Of a stretch of 64,000 nt of DNA, positions 51,081 through 61,378 are shown in pieces. The notes below the pieces were generated by a model. That model ran no database searches. It worked only from the letters and a program-made list of their open reading frames with translations, and was not told the origin of the DNA. The DNA lies in the IMG/VR virus record IMGVR_UViG_3300035113_000078, positions 738 through 64,737 of that record. One strand, written 5' to 3'. Each line of letters begins with the position of its first letter. Position 1 is the stretch's first letter. The translations under genes and the position numbers were made by a program. The stretch comes from a virus (Duplodnaviria; Caudoviricetes).

Positions 51081-52309
51081 TCGTCCAGGCGCGCACCGAG
51101 CCGACCATCTTCGTCAAGGTGCAGCCGGAGGGCAGTACCGGCTCGCGCGTAGACCTCTCCACCAAGGTGCTCTCCCTCGTGTACGAGGACTGCGAGGGGA
51201 AGGCGGACAAGCTGGTGCTGACCGTCGACAACTGGGACCTCGCGAACTTCGACGATCCGGTGTGGAGGAAGGGCAACCTGCTCGAGGTCTCGTGGGGCTA
51301 CCCCGGCGACATGGCGCCGACCCGCCAGGTTGTCATCCAGAAGGTCACCGGCTTTCAGACCCTCAACGTCGAAGCTCACGCGACGTCGGTCCTGATGAAC
51401 AAGGTGACGCGCTGCCGTACGTTCGAGAACGTCCGGCGCTCCGACGTCGTGCACACGATTGCCGAGCAGCATGGCTACCGTGCAAACCGCCAGGACATCG
51501 AGGACACCGTCCACGTGCTGCCGGCGATCACACAGGCCCGCGTGACCGACGCGCAGCTGCTCCGCTCGCTCGCCAACCGCGAGGGCTTCGAGTTCTACGT
51601 CGACTTCGAAGGGCTGCACTTTCACAAGCGTCGGCTCGGACAGCGGCCGACGCGGGTCCTGCGCTGGTTCACGCCACCCGAGGTCGGCGAGATCCTGACC
51701 ATCAACATCGACAACGACGTCACCGCCAAGCCGGGCGCGATCAGCGTGCGCGGCCGCGACCCGCTCCACAAAAAGGACATCGACGAGCGCGGGTCGAACG
51801 CGGAGACGCAGCGCGACAGCCTGGCCCCGGTCATTGAGATCGTCGATCCCGAATCGGGACGGACCCGCCTCGAGCGGCGGAACGTGTCGGAGGACATCCG
51901 CTCGACGACGGAGCCGACGTCTGCGACCGCCAAGCGCTCCGCCGACGCCGGCTACCGCCAGGCCCAGCACCTGACCGTCGAGCTCTCGGCCACGGTGATC
52001 GGAGACCCAAGCTTTCTGGCCAAGACGGTCGTCGAACTCCAGGGGATCAGCCAGCGGCTGTCCGGCAAGTACTACGTCAAGGAGGCCAAGCACAAGGTGG
52101 ACGCCGGCTACGTCATGGAGCTCGCCTGCCTGCGCGATGGTCACAGCGAGGTCGGCGGAACACCCTCCAAGGGCAAGCCGAATCGCGGCGACGCACATGA
52201 CAACGACCCGAACGCGCTGGAGCCGATCGAGGTCGTCGACAAGGAAACCGGTCGGACCCACATCGAGTACCACGACCGCCGCGGCCGCCCGGCGAAGGGA
52301 GCGTCATGA
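51077..52309 (+). CDS. Baseplate hub (late control D-like)
   Basis: TDAQLLRSLANREGFEFYV, IGDP, SGKYYV. Confidence 0.85.
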   Translation: MIVQARTEPTIFVKVQPEGSTGSRVDLSTKVLSLVYEDCEGKADKLVLTVDNWDLANFDDPVWRKGNLLEVSWGYPGDMAPTRQVVIQKVTGFQTLNVEAHATSVLMNKVTRCRTFENVRRSDVVHTIAEQHGYRANRQDIEDTVHVLPAITQARVTDAQLLRSLANREGFEFYVDFEGLHFHKRRLGQRPTRVLRWFTPPEVGEILTINIDNDVTAKPGAISVRGRDPLHKKDIDERGSNAETQRDSLAPVIEIVDPESGRTRLERRNVSEDIRSTTEPTSATAKRSADAGYRQAQHLTVELSATVIGDPSFLAKTVVELQGISQRLSGKYYVKEAKHKVDAGYVMELACLRDGHSEVGGTPSKGKPNRGDAHDNDPNALEPIEVVDKETGRTHIEYHDRRGRPAKGAS

Positions 52310-52893
52310 CCACGCCGGGCGAGTTCGACCCCACCGCCCCGCTGTACGGGCTCTACATCGGCCAGGTCGTCGATCGCGCCGATCCGGAACGCCTGGGTCG
52401 CGTGCGCGCGCGGATCCCAGGCGTTGTTGAGCCCGCGAGCGCGTGGGCGTTCCCGCTGGGCACCGTTGGTGGCGGCAGCGATCGGCGGGGCTTCTTCGCG
52501 GTGCCAGAAAAGGATGCCGAGGTCGGAATCCTGTTCCATCAGGGCGACGTCGACCAGCCCTACTACCTCTGCGGCCACTGGGGTCGGACCAGCGGGGGCA
52601 TTGAAGTGCCCGAGCCCGCGCGCGGCCTGTCCGCCTCCGACACCCCCAGCGTGCGCGTCTTCGAGACCGGTCGATTCCTGCTCGCCTTCGATGACCGTGC
52701 CGGAACCGAGGCGCTCCGCATCCAGGACAAGGCGCCAGGCGGCTGCGAGATCGAGCTCGACGGCACGTCGATGGGCATTACGATCAAGGCGACGTCGGCG
52801 CTATTTCTCGAGGCCGACGGCCTCATCAACATCCATGGCACTACCGTCCTCATCAATGGACGCGTCGTACTGCCAGGGGCGAAACCGATCTGA
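52306..52893 (+). CDS. Baseplate spike (gpV-like)
   Basis: DPERLGRVRARIP, FFAVP..DAEV...F..GD. Confidence 0.85.
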   Translation: MTTPGEFDPTAPLYGLYIGQVVDRADPERLGRVRARIPGVVEPASAWAFPLGTVGGGSDRRGFFAVPEKDAEVGILFHQGDVDQPYYLCGHWGRTSGGIEVPEPARGLSASDTPSVRVFETGRFLLAFDDRAGTEALRIQDKAPGGCEIELDGTSMGITIKATSALFLEADGLINIHGTTVLINGRVVLPGAKPI

Positions 52894-52914
52894 CGTGGAT
52901 GGACAAAGGGAGCC

Positions 52915-53634
52915 ATGCCGATCCCCGACCTCAAAGACCTGTGCGTGGCGCTCACGGTGACACCGCAGCGCCTGAGCGTCACGTTCCCGGGCGGCGCCTC
53001 GCTCGACCCCGAGCTGCCCGAACTCGGCTTCGCCGACCCGATGCAGCTGTCCAAGCAGCTCCTGGCGCAGGCCAACGCCGCGCTCGCGCCGCTCGCGCCC
53101 ATTTTCAACGTCATCGACGTGACGCTCGCGCTGTTCAACGCGGTGAAGGCGATCCCGGACGCGATCTCACACCTCGATCCGAGCAAGATCAGCGACGCGC
53201 TGCCCGACCTCGCGGAGAAGGCCGGCAAGCTGGCTCCGCTCGTGCCGCAACTCTCGGTGCCGTTGATGGTGGTCGGGCTCATCGACACGCTCCTGGCGTT
53301 CCTCGGCGGACTGGCCGGCCAGCTGCGTGCGTTGATCGACCAGCAGGTACGAATCCAGCGGGCCGAGGATCGCGCCACCGCGCTCGGCAACGCACAGCTA
53401 CAAACCGTCGTCGATTGCTCCAAGCACCAGCTGACCGCGCAGCTGGCGAGCCTCGCCGAGTCGGTCGCGCCGGTGAACCGACTGATCGCGCTGATCAACG
53501 TGTTCGCCCAGCTCGCCGGCCTCGGGCCACTGCCTGACCTGGCGAACCTCGGCAGCGACGCGGCCGCTGCGCTCCAACCGATCGAGGACACGGTCAAAAC
53601 GTTGCAACAGATCCGCGCCGCGATCCCCGTGTGA
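52915..53634 (+). CDS. Hypothetical helical baseplate-region protein
   Basis: GGAG RBS; in operon. Confidence 0.7.
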   Translation: MPIPDLKDLCVALTVTPQRLSVTFPGGASLDPELPELGFADPMQLSKQLLAQANAALAPLAPIFNVIDVTLALFNAVKAIPDAISHLDPSKISDALPDLAEKAGKLAPLVPQLSVPLMVVGLIDTLLAFLGGLAGQLRALIDQQVRIQRAEDRATALGNAQLQTVVDCSKHQLTAQLASLAESVAPVNRLIALINVFAQLAGLGPLPDLANLGSDAAAALQPIEDTVKTLQQIRAAIPV

Positions 53635-53641
53635 GGTAACG

Positions 53642-54061
53642 ATGCTCGAATTCCTTGGCTTTGGTCTTCTGCGGCCGTTTCAGCGAGATGGTCGCGCCGA
53701 CTTCGTCGCCGCCGGCGGCGAGGCGCTGATCCGCAGCGCCGTGGGCCAGATCCTCGGCACCATCGGCGCGTCCGACATCACACCGGGTGAGATCCCGTGG
53801 AGGGCCGATTTCGGCTCGCTGCTGAATCGCCTCCGGAACCAGAAGAACGATGCCGTCTTGCGAGAGCTCGCACGGGTCTACGTCGTCGAGGCGCTGAAAC
53901 GATGGGAACCGCGGATCATCGTGACCGACGTCGCGGTCGGCCGTTTGCGACAGGACGGCGAGAATGTGCTCGCGATCCGCGTGCGCTATGACGTTATCTC
54001 GACGAACACGCCCGGCAACAACGTCATCCTGTCCGGGATAGAGCAGACCGTACGCCTATAG
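53642..54061 (+). CDS. Baseplate wedge gpW/gp25-like
   Basis: GEIPWRADFGS, ALKRWEPRI. Confidence 0.88.
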   Translation: MLEFLGFGLLRPFQRDGRADFVAAGGEALIRSAVGQILGTIGASDITPGEIPWRADFGSLLNRLRNQKNDAVLRELARVYVVEALKRWEPRIIVTDVAVGRLRQDGENVLAIRVRYDVISTNTPGNNVILSGIEQTVRL

Positions 54062-55180
54062 ACCGTGATCATCCTCGGAGCGATCATCCTTCTTTGCTTT
54101 CTTCTTGGGCGGCATCTCGGCTAGATACTTACGAATGGCGGCTCGAAGCGCGTCAATATCGGGCGGAGGCTCGCGTTCCGGCTTGTTCCTTGCTCGTTCT
54201 ACCGCGAGTCTGCCACTAATCGCCTCAAGTGTGTCGGCGGAATGCCTCACTTCATTTCTGATAAGCCACGTTGAAAGCGGGCGACCTGCTTCGTGGCCAA
54301 ACGCACTGGCGATCGTCTTTGCTGGATCTCGCGCATCGAAGGCGTAGGCAGCGCGGAATGCCTCTCCTGACCAATCAGATGTCAATGCACCTGTGAACAC
54401 GAGAGGCCCCAAGAACACGACGCGAAATAGGATCCAATATCCAAATGTCCAGATCTCAATGACATTGAATACTTCTGGCAATGCCTCTTCCGGAATCAAT
54501 CCCGAGCCGCGAGAGCGCGTATCGAACCTCGCTCGGAAGTCGATGCCCTCTCCGTACCGGGCGAAATGACGGGCTGCCGAGAGCTCGTCCCTCACGGCGA
54601 AATCGTGGCGATGGAAGGCCAACAGCTCCAGCGCCATCTTGACGAACACCTGCCTGTGCTCGACCTGGCGCCCGAGCCTCAGATCGTACTCGTCAACGGT
54701 GGGCCCAGCCGGCAGTACTGGATCGGGATCGCCTGGTTCAATATGAAAGCTGTCAACGTCGTCTGCTGTAAGTCCCTGACTCCACATTGCCTTCGCGCAT
54801 CTCTGCGCCTGCGCGTCAAGTCCCGCGGGCAGCGGTACCACCACGCGCTTGTTGATCGGATCGAACCGAACTGCGGTTTCCTGCAATACGGCATTGCCGT
54901 CAGCGAGCACAAACTCTCTTCCATCGCGCATGAATCGAATCTCGGTCGGTTCTCGGTCGTCGTTGACCGCCCCGACCGATGCGAACGCGTGGCGAAGCGC
55001 GTTCCGAACCGCGGACTCCTTTGTCGAGATGGCGCTGTTGCATGCGTTGCAGCAGATACGCCGTGACTTCAGCCGACCACCCATCGACGCAGGCCACACG
55101 TGAGCCCACTGCGTTTCAGCGGAAAGCCTGGCTCGGCAATAGATGCAGCAGGTTACGTCCCAGACGCTCTGATCCAGCAT
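54056..55180 (-). CDS. HNH endonuclease-domain cargo protein
   Basis: CIYC...AHVWPASMGG...ICCNACN; opposite strand, lower GC. Confidence 0.75.
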   Translation of the reverse strand: MLDQSVWDVTCCIYCRARLSAETQWAHVWPASMGGRLKSRRICCNACNSAISTKESAVRNALRHAFASVGAVNDDREPTEIRFMRDGREFVLADGNAVLQETAVRFDPINKRVVVPLPAGLDAQAQRCAKAMWSQGLTADDVDSFHIEPGDPDPVLPAGPTVDEYDLRLGRQVEHRQVFVKMALELLAFHRHDFAVRDELSAARHFARYGEGIDFRARFDTRSRGSGLIPEEALPEVFNVIEIWTFGYWILFRVVFLGPLVFTGALTSDWSGEAFRAAYAFDARDPAKTIASAFGHEAGRPLSTWLIRNEVRHSADTLEAISGRLAVERARNKPEREPPPDIDALRAAIRKYLAEMPPKKKAKKDDRSEDDHGL

Positions 55181-55348
55181 CGTCAGCTGCCACCATAGCA
55201 GCGACGTAGGGGATCCCCAACTCCTGACGGTCGGAGCCGGGATCTCGCGGTCAGTGCAGCCAAGCAACGATGGTCCTTGGAAGCTAGAGCGGTCCCTTAC
55301 TGCGGGGGAGCTCAGGAAACCGGTTAGGTCACGCGCTCACAAAGTTCA

Positions 55349-55377
55349 TTGACGTTGCCGTGGAAGTTCCATAGTAT
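55349..55377 (+). promoter_or_regulatory. Sigma70-type promoter C with GTGGAAGTTC spacer box
   Basis: TTGACG-ttgccGTGGAAGTTCca-TAGTAT (17-nt spacer). Confidence 0.8.
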
Positions 55378-55405
55378 CAGTGCAGCCGGTCGCTAGACCG
55401 GCTCT

Positions 55406-55467
55406 GGGTCGTCGAATAACTCGAGCCCCGGCGAGGAGAGCCCCCGCCGGGGCTCTTCGCGTTTCGG
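55406..55467 (+). ncRNA. Leader attenuator RNA, copy 4
   Basis: GGGTCGTCGAAtaacTCGAGCCCCG-stem-CGGGGCTCTTCGCGTTT. Confidence 0.75.
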
Positions 55468-55473
55468 AGCACG

Positions 55474-56985
55474 ATGGGGCTACTCGCCCGCGCCAACGAC
55501 TACACGGACAAGGACTTCGACAGCCTGCGCCTGCGGCTGCAGAGCCTCGTCCGTTCCGTGTTCCCGGACTGGACCGACTTCAATATCGCCAGCTTCGGGA
55601 ACATCCTGCTCGAGCTCTATGCGTTCGTCGGCGACGTCCTGACGTTCTTCCAGGACAACCAGGCGCGCGAGAGCCGGCTCCTGACCGCGACGCAGCGCAA
55701 GAACCTGATCGCCCTCACCAAGCTCCTGGGCTTCCGCCCGGCCGGCGCGCGCGCCGCAACGGTCGACGAGGTCTTCACCCTGGCGGCGCCACCGCTCGCG
55801 GACGTCGCGCTCCCCCGGGGCACGCAGATCCGCACCGCCTCGATCACGGAGCCCGTCGTGTTCCAGCTCGTCAGCGACGTGTTCATCCCGGCGGGCGCCT
55901 CGCCGCCGACCGCGACCGGCATCCTGGAGCACTCCGCGCCGCAGGACGAGCTGTTTGCTTCGACGGGGCTTCCCAACCAGGAGGTAGTCCTCCCAGACAC
56001 GCCGTACCTCGACGGCTCGGCCGCGGTGGTAGCCGGAAACGGCGAGTACGCCGAGGTCGTGAACTTCCTTGGCTCAACGGCCGCTGATCGGCACTTCCTC
56101 GTGCTCGTCGATCAGACCGATCGAGCCACGCTGCGGTTCGGCAACGGCGTCAACGGCGCGATCCCGTCGGGGACGATCGCCGCCCGCTACAAGACGGGCG
56201 GTGGCACGGCGGGGAACGTCAACGCGGGCACGCTGACCAAGCTCGAGGGCAGCATCGTCGACGCCGAAGGGAACCCCGTCTCTGTCACGGCGACGAATCC
56301 CAAGCCAGCATCGGGTGGCAGCGCCCGCCAGAGCATCGCGCAGATCCAGGCGCTCGCTCCCGAGTCGATCCGCGTGCTCAGCCGGACCGTGTCGCGCGAG
56401 GACTACGAGGTCAACGCGCGCAGGCTGCCCGCAGTCGCTCGAGCGCTGATGCTCACCTCGAACGAAGATCCCGGCATCGCCGAGAACACCGGGATCCTGT
56501 TCGTGATCCCGCGCGGTGGAGGTGCTCCCTCGCAGGCGCTCAAGGACGCGGTGAAGCGGCAGGTCACCGTGGTGTTCCCGAACACCCTGACGTTCCAGGT
56601 CGCCGTACAGGACCCGGTGTACTTGCAGGTCGACATCCAGGCGACGATCTTCCTACGCCAGGGCGCCAACGCGAAGGTGGTGCGTGCGGCGATCGAAAAG
56701 GCGCTCGCGAGCTTCTTCACCGTGTCCCTGCCGGATGGCACACCCAACCCGCAGGTCGACTTCGGTTGGAACCTCAAGGGCGCCAACGGGGACCCAGCCA
56801 GCGAGATCGCGTTCTCCGACGTGTTCAACGTCGTCCGCGACGTCGTCGGCGTACGTAAGATCGGCGACGAGGCCGATGACTTCCTGATCAACGGTACGCG
56901 GGGCGACCTCGTCCTGGGCACGCGCGAATTTCCGGTGCTCGGCCGCGTCGACCTCCTGAACGGCGACGGGAGGCAACCGCTATGA
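55474..56985 (+). CDS. Baseplate J/gp47-like protein
   Basis: [35 protein letters not shown]. Confidence 0.9.
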   Translation: MGLLARANDYTDKDFDSLRLRLQSLVRSVFPDWTDFNIASFGNILLELYAFVGDVLTFFQDNQARESRLLTATQRKNLIALTKLLGFRPAGARAATVDEVFTLAAPPLADVALPRGTQIRTASITEPVVFQLVSDVFIPAGASPPTATGILEHSAPQDELFASTGLPNQEVVLPDTPYLDGSAAVVAGNGEYAEVVNFLGSTAADRHFLVLVDQTDRATLRFGNGVNGAIPSGTIAARYKTGGGTAGNVNAGTLTKLEGSIVDAEGNPVSVTATNPKPASGGSARQSIAQIQALAPESIRVLSRTVSREDYEVNARRLPAVARALMLTSNEDPGIAENTGILFVIPRGGGAPSQALKDAVKRQVTVVFPNTLTFQVAVQDPVYLQVDIQATIFLRQGANAKVVRAAIEKALASFFTVSLPDGTPNPQVDFGWNLKGANGDPASEIAFSDVFNVVRDVVGVRKIGDEADDFLINGTRGDLVLGTREFPVLGRVDLLNGDGRQPL

Positions 56986-57977
56986 CGCCGTCAACCGCAT
57001 CGGTCGCGAGCGACGAGGCAGCTGCGGCGCCCCGGGTTGTCGGCGCACAGGCCCGCGAACTCGCGCGCATCCGCGTCAGCTTCAACCAGGCCGTACTGCA
57101 AGACGACCCCCATGGCGAGAACGACGCCCTCAACCCCGGGCGGTACGTGCTCACCGCCGCGTCTGCGCCGGCGGTCGGTGCGTCGGTGATTGCGGTCGAG
57201 CCGTCGACCACCTCCGCGGTCGATCTGCGGGTCGACATTCCGCTCACACCGGGCGCGAGTTACCGGGTCGACGCCGCCGGCGTGCTCGGGACTTCGGCTG
57301 ACAGCATGGCGGCGGCGAACGGCAGCGCGAGCTTCACCGGGTTCGTCCCGGCCCGCCCCGCCGATCGTGTGTTCGAGCTCTACCGGCTTCTGCCCGAGCT
57401 CAATCGACGCGAGGACACGACCGGGGACCTGCAGCGGTTCTTCGCCTGTCTGCAGGAGGTGACCGACCTTGTCCTCGTCGACATCGACCACTTTACGGAT
57501 ATCCTCGATCCGGACATCGCCCCCGAACGGTTCCTCGACCGAATGCTCGGCGACTTGGGCGATCCGTTCGCGTTCGACCTATCGATCGTCGACAAGCGGC
57601 GCCTGTTGAACGTCCTGGTCGCGATGTACCGCGAAAAGGGGACCGCGCCCGGGATCACGAACGCCATCCGGTTCTTCCTGGGCCTGGAGGTTGAGATCGC
57701 CGCGTACGCCGGCGAAGCGCTGTTCTTGGGCGAATCGCTGCTCGGTGAGGACTGGGTGCTCGGGCCATCGACGTTATTCGCGGCGCTCGCCTTCGAGATC
57801 GTGAGCCCGCGCGTGCTCACGTCGGAGGAGCGCCGCCGACTCCGGCAGATTGTCGACTACTTGAAGCCCGCGCAGACGCACTTCGCGCGCCTCGCGGAGC
57901 CGACGCCGCCCGAGGCGATCGATCACGTCGAGCTCGGGATATCCGAGCTCGGCGAAGACTGGGTGCTGCACGCATGA
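56982..57977 (+). CDS. Baseplate/tail protein I-like
   Basis: [24 protein letters not shown]. Confidence 0.82.
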   Translation: MTPSTASVASDEAAAAPRVVGAQARELARIRVSFNQAVLQDDPHGENDALNPGRYVLTAASAPAVGASVIAVEPSTTSAVDLRVDIPLTPGASYRVDAAGVLGTSADSMAAANGSASFTGFVPARPADRVFELYRLLPELNRREDTTGDLQRFFACLQEVTDLVLVDIDHFTDILDPDIAPERFLDRMLGDLGDPFAFDLSIVDKRRLLNVLVAMYREKGTAPGITNAIRFFLGLEVEIAAYAGEALFLGESLLGEDWVLGPSTLFAALAFEIVSPRVLTSEERRRLRQIVDYLKPAQTHFARLAEPTPPEAIDHVELGISELGEDWVLHA

Positions 57978-59872
57978 GTGCGCGCAAAAACTTCTTCTTC
58001 CGGCAGCGGGTGACCGAGGCCGAACTCGACGCGGCGTTCGACGACCTCGAGGAGGCGGATCACCACATGGCTGGTGATCTTGGTTTCGTAGGCGTCCTCG
58101 CCAACGCGGTGGCGTCCCCGCACGCGCCTGTGCCGAACCTGACGGTCGACATCTCTGGCCCGGGCACGGCGCTCGATCAGCTCGGACAGCGAATCTTCTT
58201 CTCGGGGCTCCAGAGCGTGAACGTTGCGCAAGACGACAACGGCGTCGCGACCGAGGTCTCGGCAGCGAACAAGGAGAAGGTCGTTTCGATCTTCCTCATG
58301 TTCGACCGGATCCTGTCGGAGCCGCGTGTCGACGGGAACTCGCAGACCGTGTTCTTCCGAAGGGACGAGGGCTTCAAGTTCGTGGTGGTCCAGGGCGCAG
58401 AGGCGGCGGCCGGAGATGCCGTGGCGCCCGCGTTGCGCTCGGACGCGCTCTTGCTCGCGGACGTCACGCGACGGTTCGGCCAGGCGCAGATCGCGGCCGA
58501 CGCGATCTCGACCGCGCGGCGGCAGGACGTGTTCGTGATCGCCGGCGCGCCGCGCTCGGTCCGCCGCGGACGGACGCCGGAGGCGGTCTCGGACCTGCTC
58601 GGATTCTACAACGCGCACGTCGGTGGCACAGCGGATCGCCACGCCGCAGTCGCGATCGACTACGCCGGGAGCATCGCCTGGGCCGACGGCGGGCAGAATC
58701 CGGCCACCACCGTCGAGGCGCAGATCGATAAGATCATCGCGGACCTCGCGACGGACGGTGGCGCGGCGAAGATCGGTGCGGCGGCCACCGCCGGCGTCCC
58801 GCGGGCGCTTGGCGCGGGCAGTGTGAAGTCCCAGCTCGACGCGCTGCTCGGGTTCATCAACGGACATCTCACGGTGGCCGCAGGTGCACATGCCGCGTCG
58901 GCGATCACCTACGCGGGCGGCGCTGCCTGGAAGGACGGCACCCCCAACGCCGCCGCGACCGTCGAGGCGCAGCTCAACAAGTTGATCGCCGACCTGTCTG
59001 CCGATGCGGGGGCCGCGCGCATCGGCGCCGGCGCCCGGGCGGACTGGCTCGACGGCCGTACCAACCCCGCGGGCGTATCCCTGCTCGCGGCGCTCAGCAA
59101 GATCATCGCCGACCTGTCCGAGAGCGCCGAGAGCGCCGATGGTGCCGCGCGAATCGGGACGCGCACGTCGGGAACGCTCCCGGCAGGTTCGGTCCGCTCC
59201 CAGCTCGACGCGCTGAACGCGAGTGCGGTGCGCACGAACGCACCCAACGTGTTCTCTGAGACACAGACGATCAACGGCACCGCCGACGAGAAGGTGGCCG
59301 CGCTTGCAACGAGCACCGCGCCGGCGCAGCGCAAGCTGCTCTGGGAGATCTCGGGCGGCGCGGGTCTGTACAGCTACCGGCTCTACGCTGAGCTCCATGC
59401 GCTCGAGATCACCGTCAACGCTCGCTGGGATGGTGCGAGCTGGGTCAAGGATGTCGCGCAGCTCTCCGCGTCCAAGCTCGATCTGAACCCGACGAATTTC
59501 CGGCTCAATGCGACGGACGTGAACAACCTACCCAGCGGCGACGTCTGGCCGAACACCGTCGACGTCCCGATGGCTGGGCATGGACTTCAGGCGCTCGATG
59601 CCGGCGGCAACTGGACATCAGCGGGTCCGACCACGAGCTACATCATGTGGCAGGGCCCCAAGCCGGCGACCGGCAGCGTCGGGTCTTCCGCGACCTTCCG
59701 CAAGCTCTTCCCGGTCACGCCGAGTTCGTTCACGTTCTCGATGATCGACCAATTCAACGTCGAGTCCGGACCATTCGCGATCTTCCCGACGACCTTCGGC
59801 ATCGGCGCGTTCGTCAACGCAGGCGCCGGTTTCGCCATCGTTCGATTCGCGTGCTCTGTCGTCGTCACCTGA
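57974..59872 (+). CDS. Tail fibre-like protein with internal repeats
   Basis: NFFFRQRVTEAEL N-terminus; three W.DG..N....(V/L)...KIIADL...GAA.IG repeats. Confidence 0.72.
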   Translation: MSARKNFFFRQRVTEAELDAAFDDLEEADHHMAGDLGFVGVLANAVASPHAPVPNLTVDISGPGTALDQLGQRIFFSGLQSVNVAQDDNGVATEVSAANKEKVVSIFLMFDRILSEPRVDGNSQTVFFRRDEGFKFVVVQGAEAAAGDAVAPALRSDALLLADVTRRFGQAQIAADAISTARRQDVFVIAGAPRSVRRGRTPEAVSDLLGFYNAHVGGTADRHAAVAIDYAGSIAWADGGQNPATTVEAQIDKIIADLATDGGAAKIGAAATAGVPRALGAGSVKSQLDALLGFINGHLTVAAGAHAASAITYAGGAAWKDGTPNAAATVEAQLNKLIADLSADAGAARIGAGARADWLDGRTNPAGVSLLAALSKIIADLSESAESADGAARIGTRTSGTLPAGSVRSQLDALNASAVRTNAPNVFSETQTINGTADEKVAALATSTAPAQRKLLWEISGGAGLYSYRLYAELHALEITVNARWDGASWVKDVAQLSASKLDLNPTNFRLNATDVNNLPSGDVWPNTVDVPMAGHGLQALDAGGNWTSAGPTTSYIMWQGPKPATGSVGSSATFRKLFPVTPSSFTFSMIDQFNVESGPFAIFPTTFGIGAFVNAGAGFAIVRFACSVVVT

Positions 59873-59881
59873 GGAGTCGAT

Positions 59882-60643
59882 ATGCCGATCAAACTCATCT
59901 CCGCCGCCCCTGCTCCCGGATATCTGATCCAGCGATGCGCCCGATGCGGGTCCGAGCATCGGATCTCGCTGAACCGCGGTGCGCAGAAAGCGAGGACCGG
60001 TGCGATCCGGCTGCAGTCAGGCGATACGCTCGAGGTGCGCGTCGACGACCGACCGGTGGCAACCGTGACCTTCGGAGCCAGCGACGTTGCCACGCTCGAC
60101 CGGGTCACCGCGGCCGAGCTCGCGGCGAAGCTGCAGCGCGATCTCCCGGGCGTGATCGCGAGCGACGACGCCGGTGGGTTGCTCATCGAGAGCGCGACGA
60201 CCGGGGCCGGCAGCCGCGTCGAGATCACGGGCGGCTCCGCGCGTGCGACGCTGGGATTTCCTCTCAGCGGTGCAGACCCATGCCACGGCCCGCTGGTGCT
60301 CGGTGTCAGCTTCGGCCCCAACCAGATGCAGGACCCGAACATCCTCGCGCTGCGGCGCTGCAATGACTGTGGATCGAACGAGTGTCTGGCCCGAACGTTC
60401 GAGACGATCCCCGCCGAACTCACCGGCAGCTACGTCGCGGAGCACCGCCGCATCGTCAACACGCTCGCGGAACACTGCAAGTCTTGCGGGTGGTCGCACC
60501 CTGACGTCGCCGCGCATCACGCGGCCGAGACGATCAAGCCGGTCGATGTCCACGCCGCCTTTCCCGAGCGCGACGTGGAGCTGGCGCAGTTTCTGCGCCC
60601 CGCGCGGCCAGCGGCGACGGCTCCCGCGGAGGGTACCCGATGA
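59882..60643 (+). CDS. Hypothetical protein with CxxC pairs
   Basis: GAGGAG RBS; CARC, CNDC, CKSC. Confidence 0.7.
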   Translation: MPIKLISAAPAPGYLIQRCARCGSEHRISLNRGAQKARTGAIRLQSGDTLEVRVDDRPVATVTFGASDVATLDRVTAAELAAKLQRDLPGVIASDDAGGLLIESATTGAGSRVEITGGSARATLGFPLSGADPCHGPLVLGVSFGPNQMQDPNILALRRCNDCGSNECLARTFETIPAELTGSYVAEHRRIVNTLAEHCKSCGWSHPDVAAHHAAETIKPVDVHAAFPERDVELAQFLRPARPAATAPAEGTR

Positions 60644-61368
60644 TGGTCGACAACAACGGATGGCTGATCTCCGCGGCGGGTGACCCCGTCGGCAAGCAGT
60701 TCCCCACGGTCCGGACCTACCCGCTCGCGGTGCCCGGCCCGCTGGGCATCGTGTGGCACACGACCGACGAGCGAGGCGGTCCCGGCTACGCCGAGGCGCT
60801 GGCTCGACGGATCCAGGCGTTCCGCCGTGGCATCGACCGGCCCGCGTCGTGGCATCTCCTGATCGCCAAGGACGGAGCAATCTACCAGAGCGCGCCGGTG
60901 ACCCTCGGTACCTGGCACGTCGGCAAGCCGGGTGTCATCGCCGGCCGCTGGTTCCCGAACGTCAACCACGCCACCGTCGGGTGCGAGCTAGAAAACGCCG
61001 GGCGCCTGCGGCGGCTCGGCGACCAGGTGTATTGCTGGCCCTACTTCGTGAACCCATCGGCGCCGGTGTTCGAGCGACGTCCCGATCCGCGATGCACGAT
61101 CTCTGCCGATCGCGCCGTCGCGACGCGGGCTGGCCTGTTCGACGGCTTCACGCCGGCCCAGGAGGCCTCGGCCGCGGTCGTTCTGCGCGCGCTCGTCACG
61201 CGGTTCGGCTGGACGCGGGAGGTCTGCTCGTATGGGCACGTGGACTTCGATCCGCAGAACCGGGAAGACCCAGGGCCGGTCTGGTCGCTGACATTCCTGC
61301 CGCGCATCCTCGACCGGGTCTTCGTCGGCGCCACGTCCTCGCCCGCTACGACCGGCATCGCCGGATAG
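60640..61368 (+). CDS. Endolysin, N-acetylmuramoyl-L-alanine amidase
   Basis: IVWHTT, SWHLLI, WHVG, VGCELEN, GH...REDPG. Confidence 0.88.
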   Translation: MMVDNNGWLISAAGDPVGKQFPTVRTYPLAVPGPLGIVWHTTDERGGPGYAEALARRIQAFRRGIDRPASWHLLIAKDGAIYQSAPVTLGTWHVGKPGVIAGRWFPNVNHATVGCELENAGRLRRLGDQVYCWPYFVNPSAPVFERRPDPRCTISADRAVATRAGLFDGFTPAQEASAAVVLRALVTRFGWTREVCSYGHVDFDPQNREDPGPVWSLTFLPRILDRVFVGATSSPATTGIAG

Positions 61369-61378
61369 GAGGTCCGCT

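Noticed and set aside
44357-59872. eCIS/tailocin rather than a phage
   Set aside because: Terminase, portal, capsid, tape measure and replication genes are all present.
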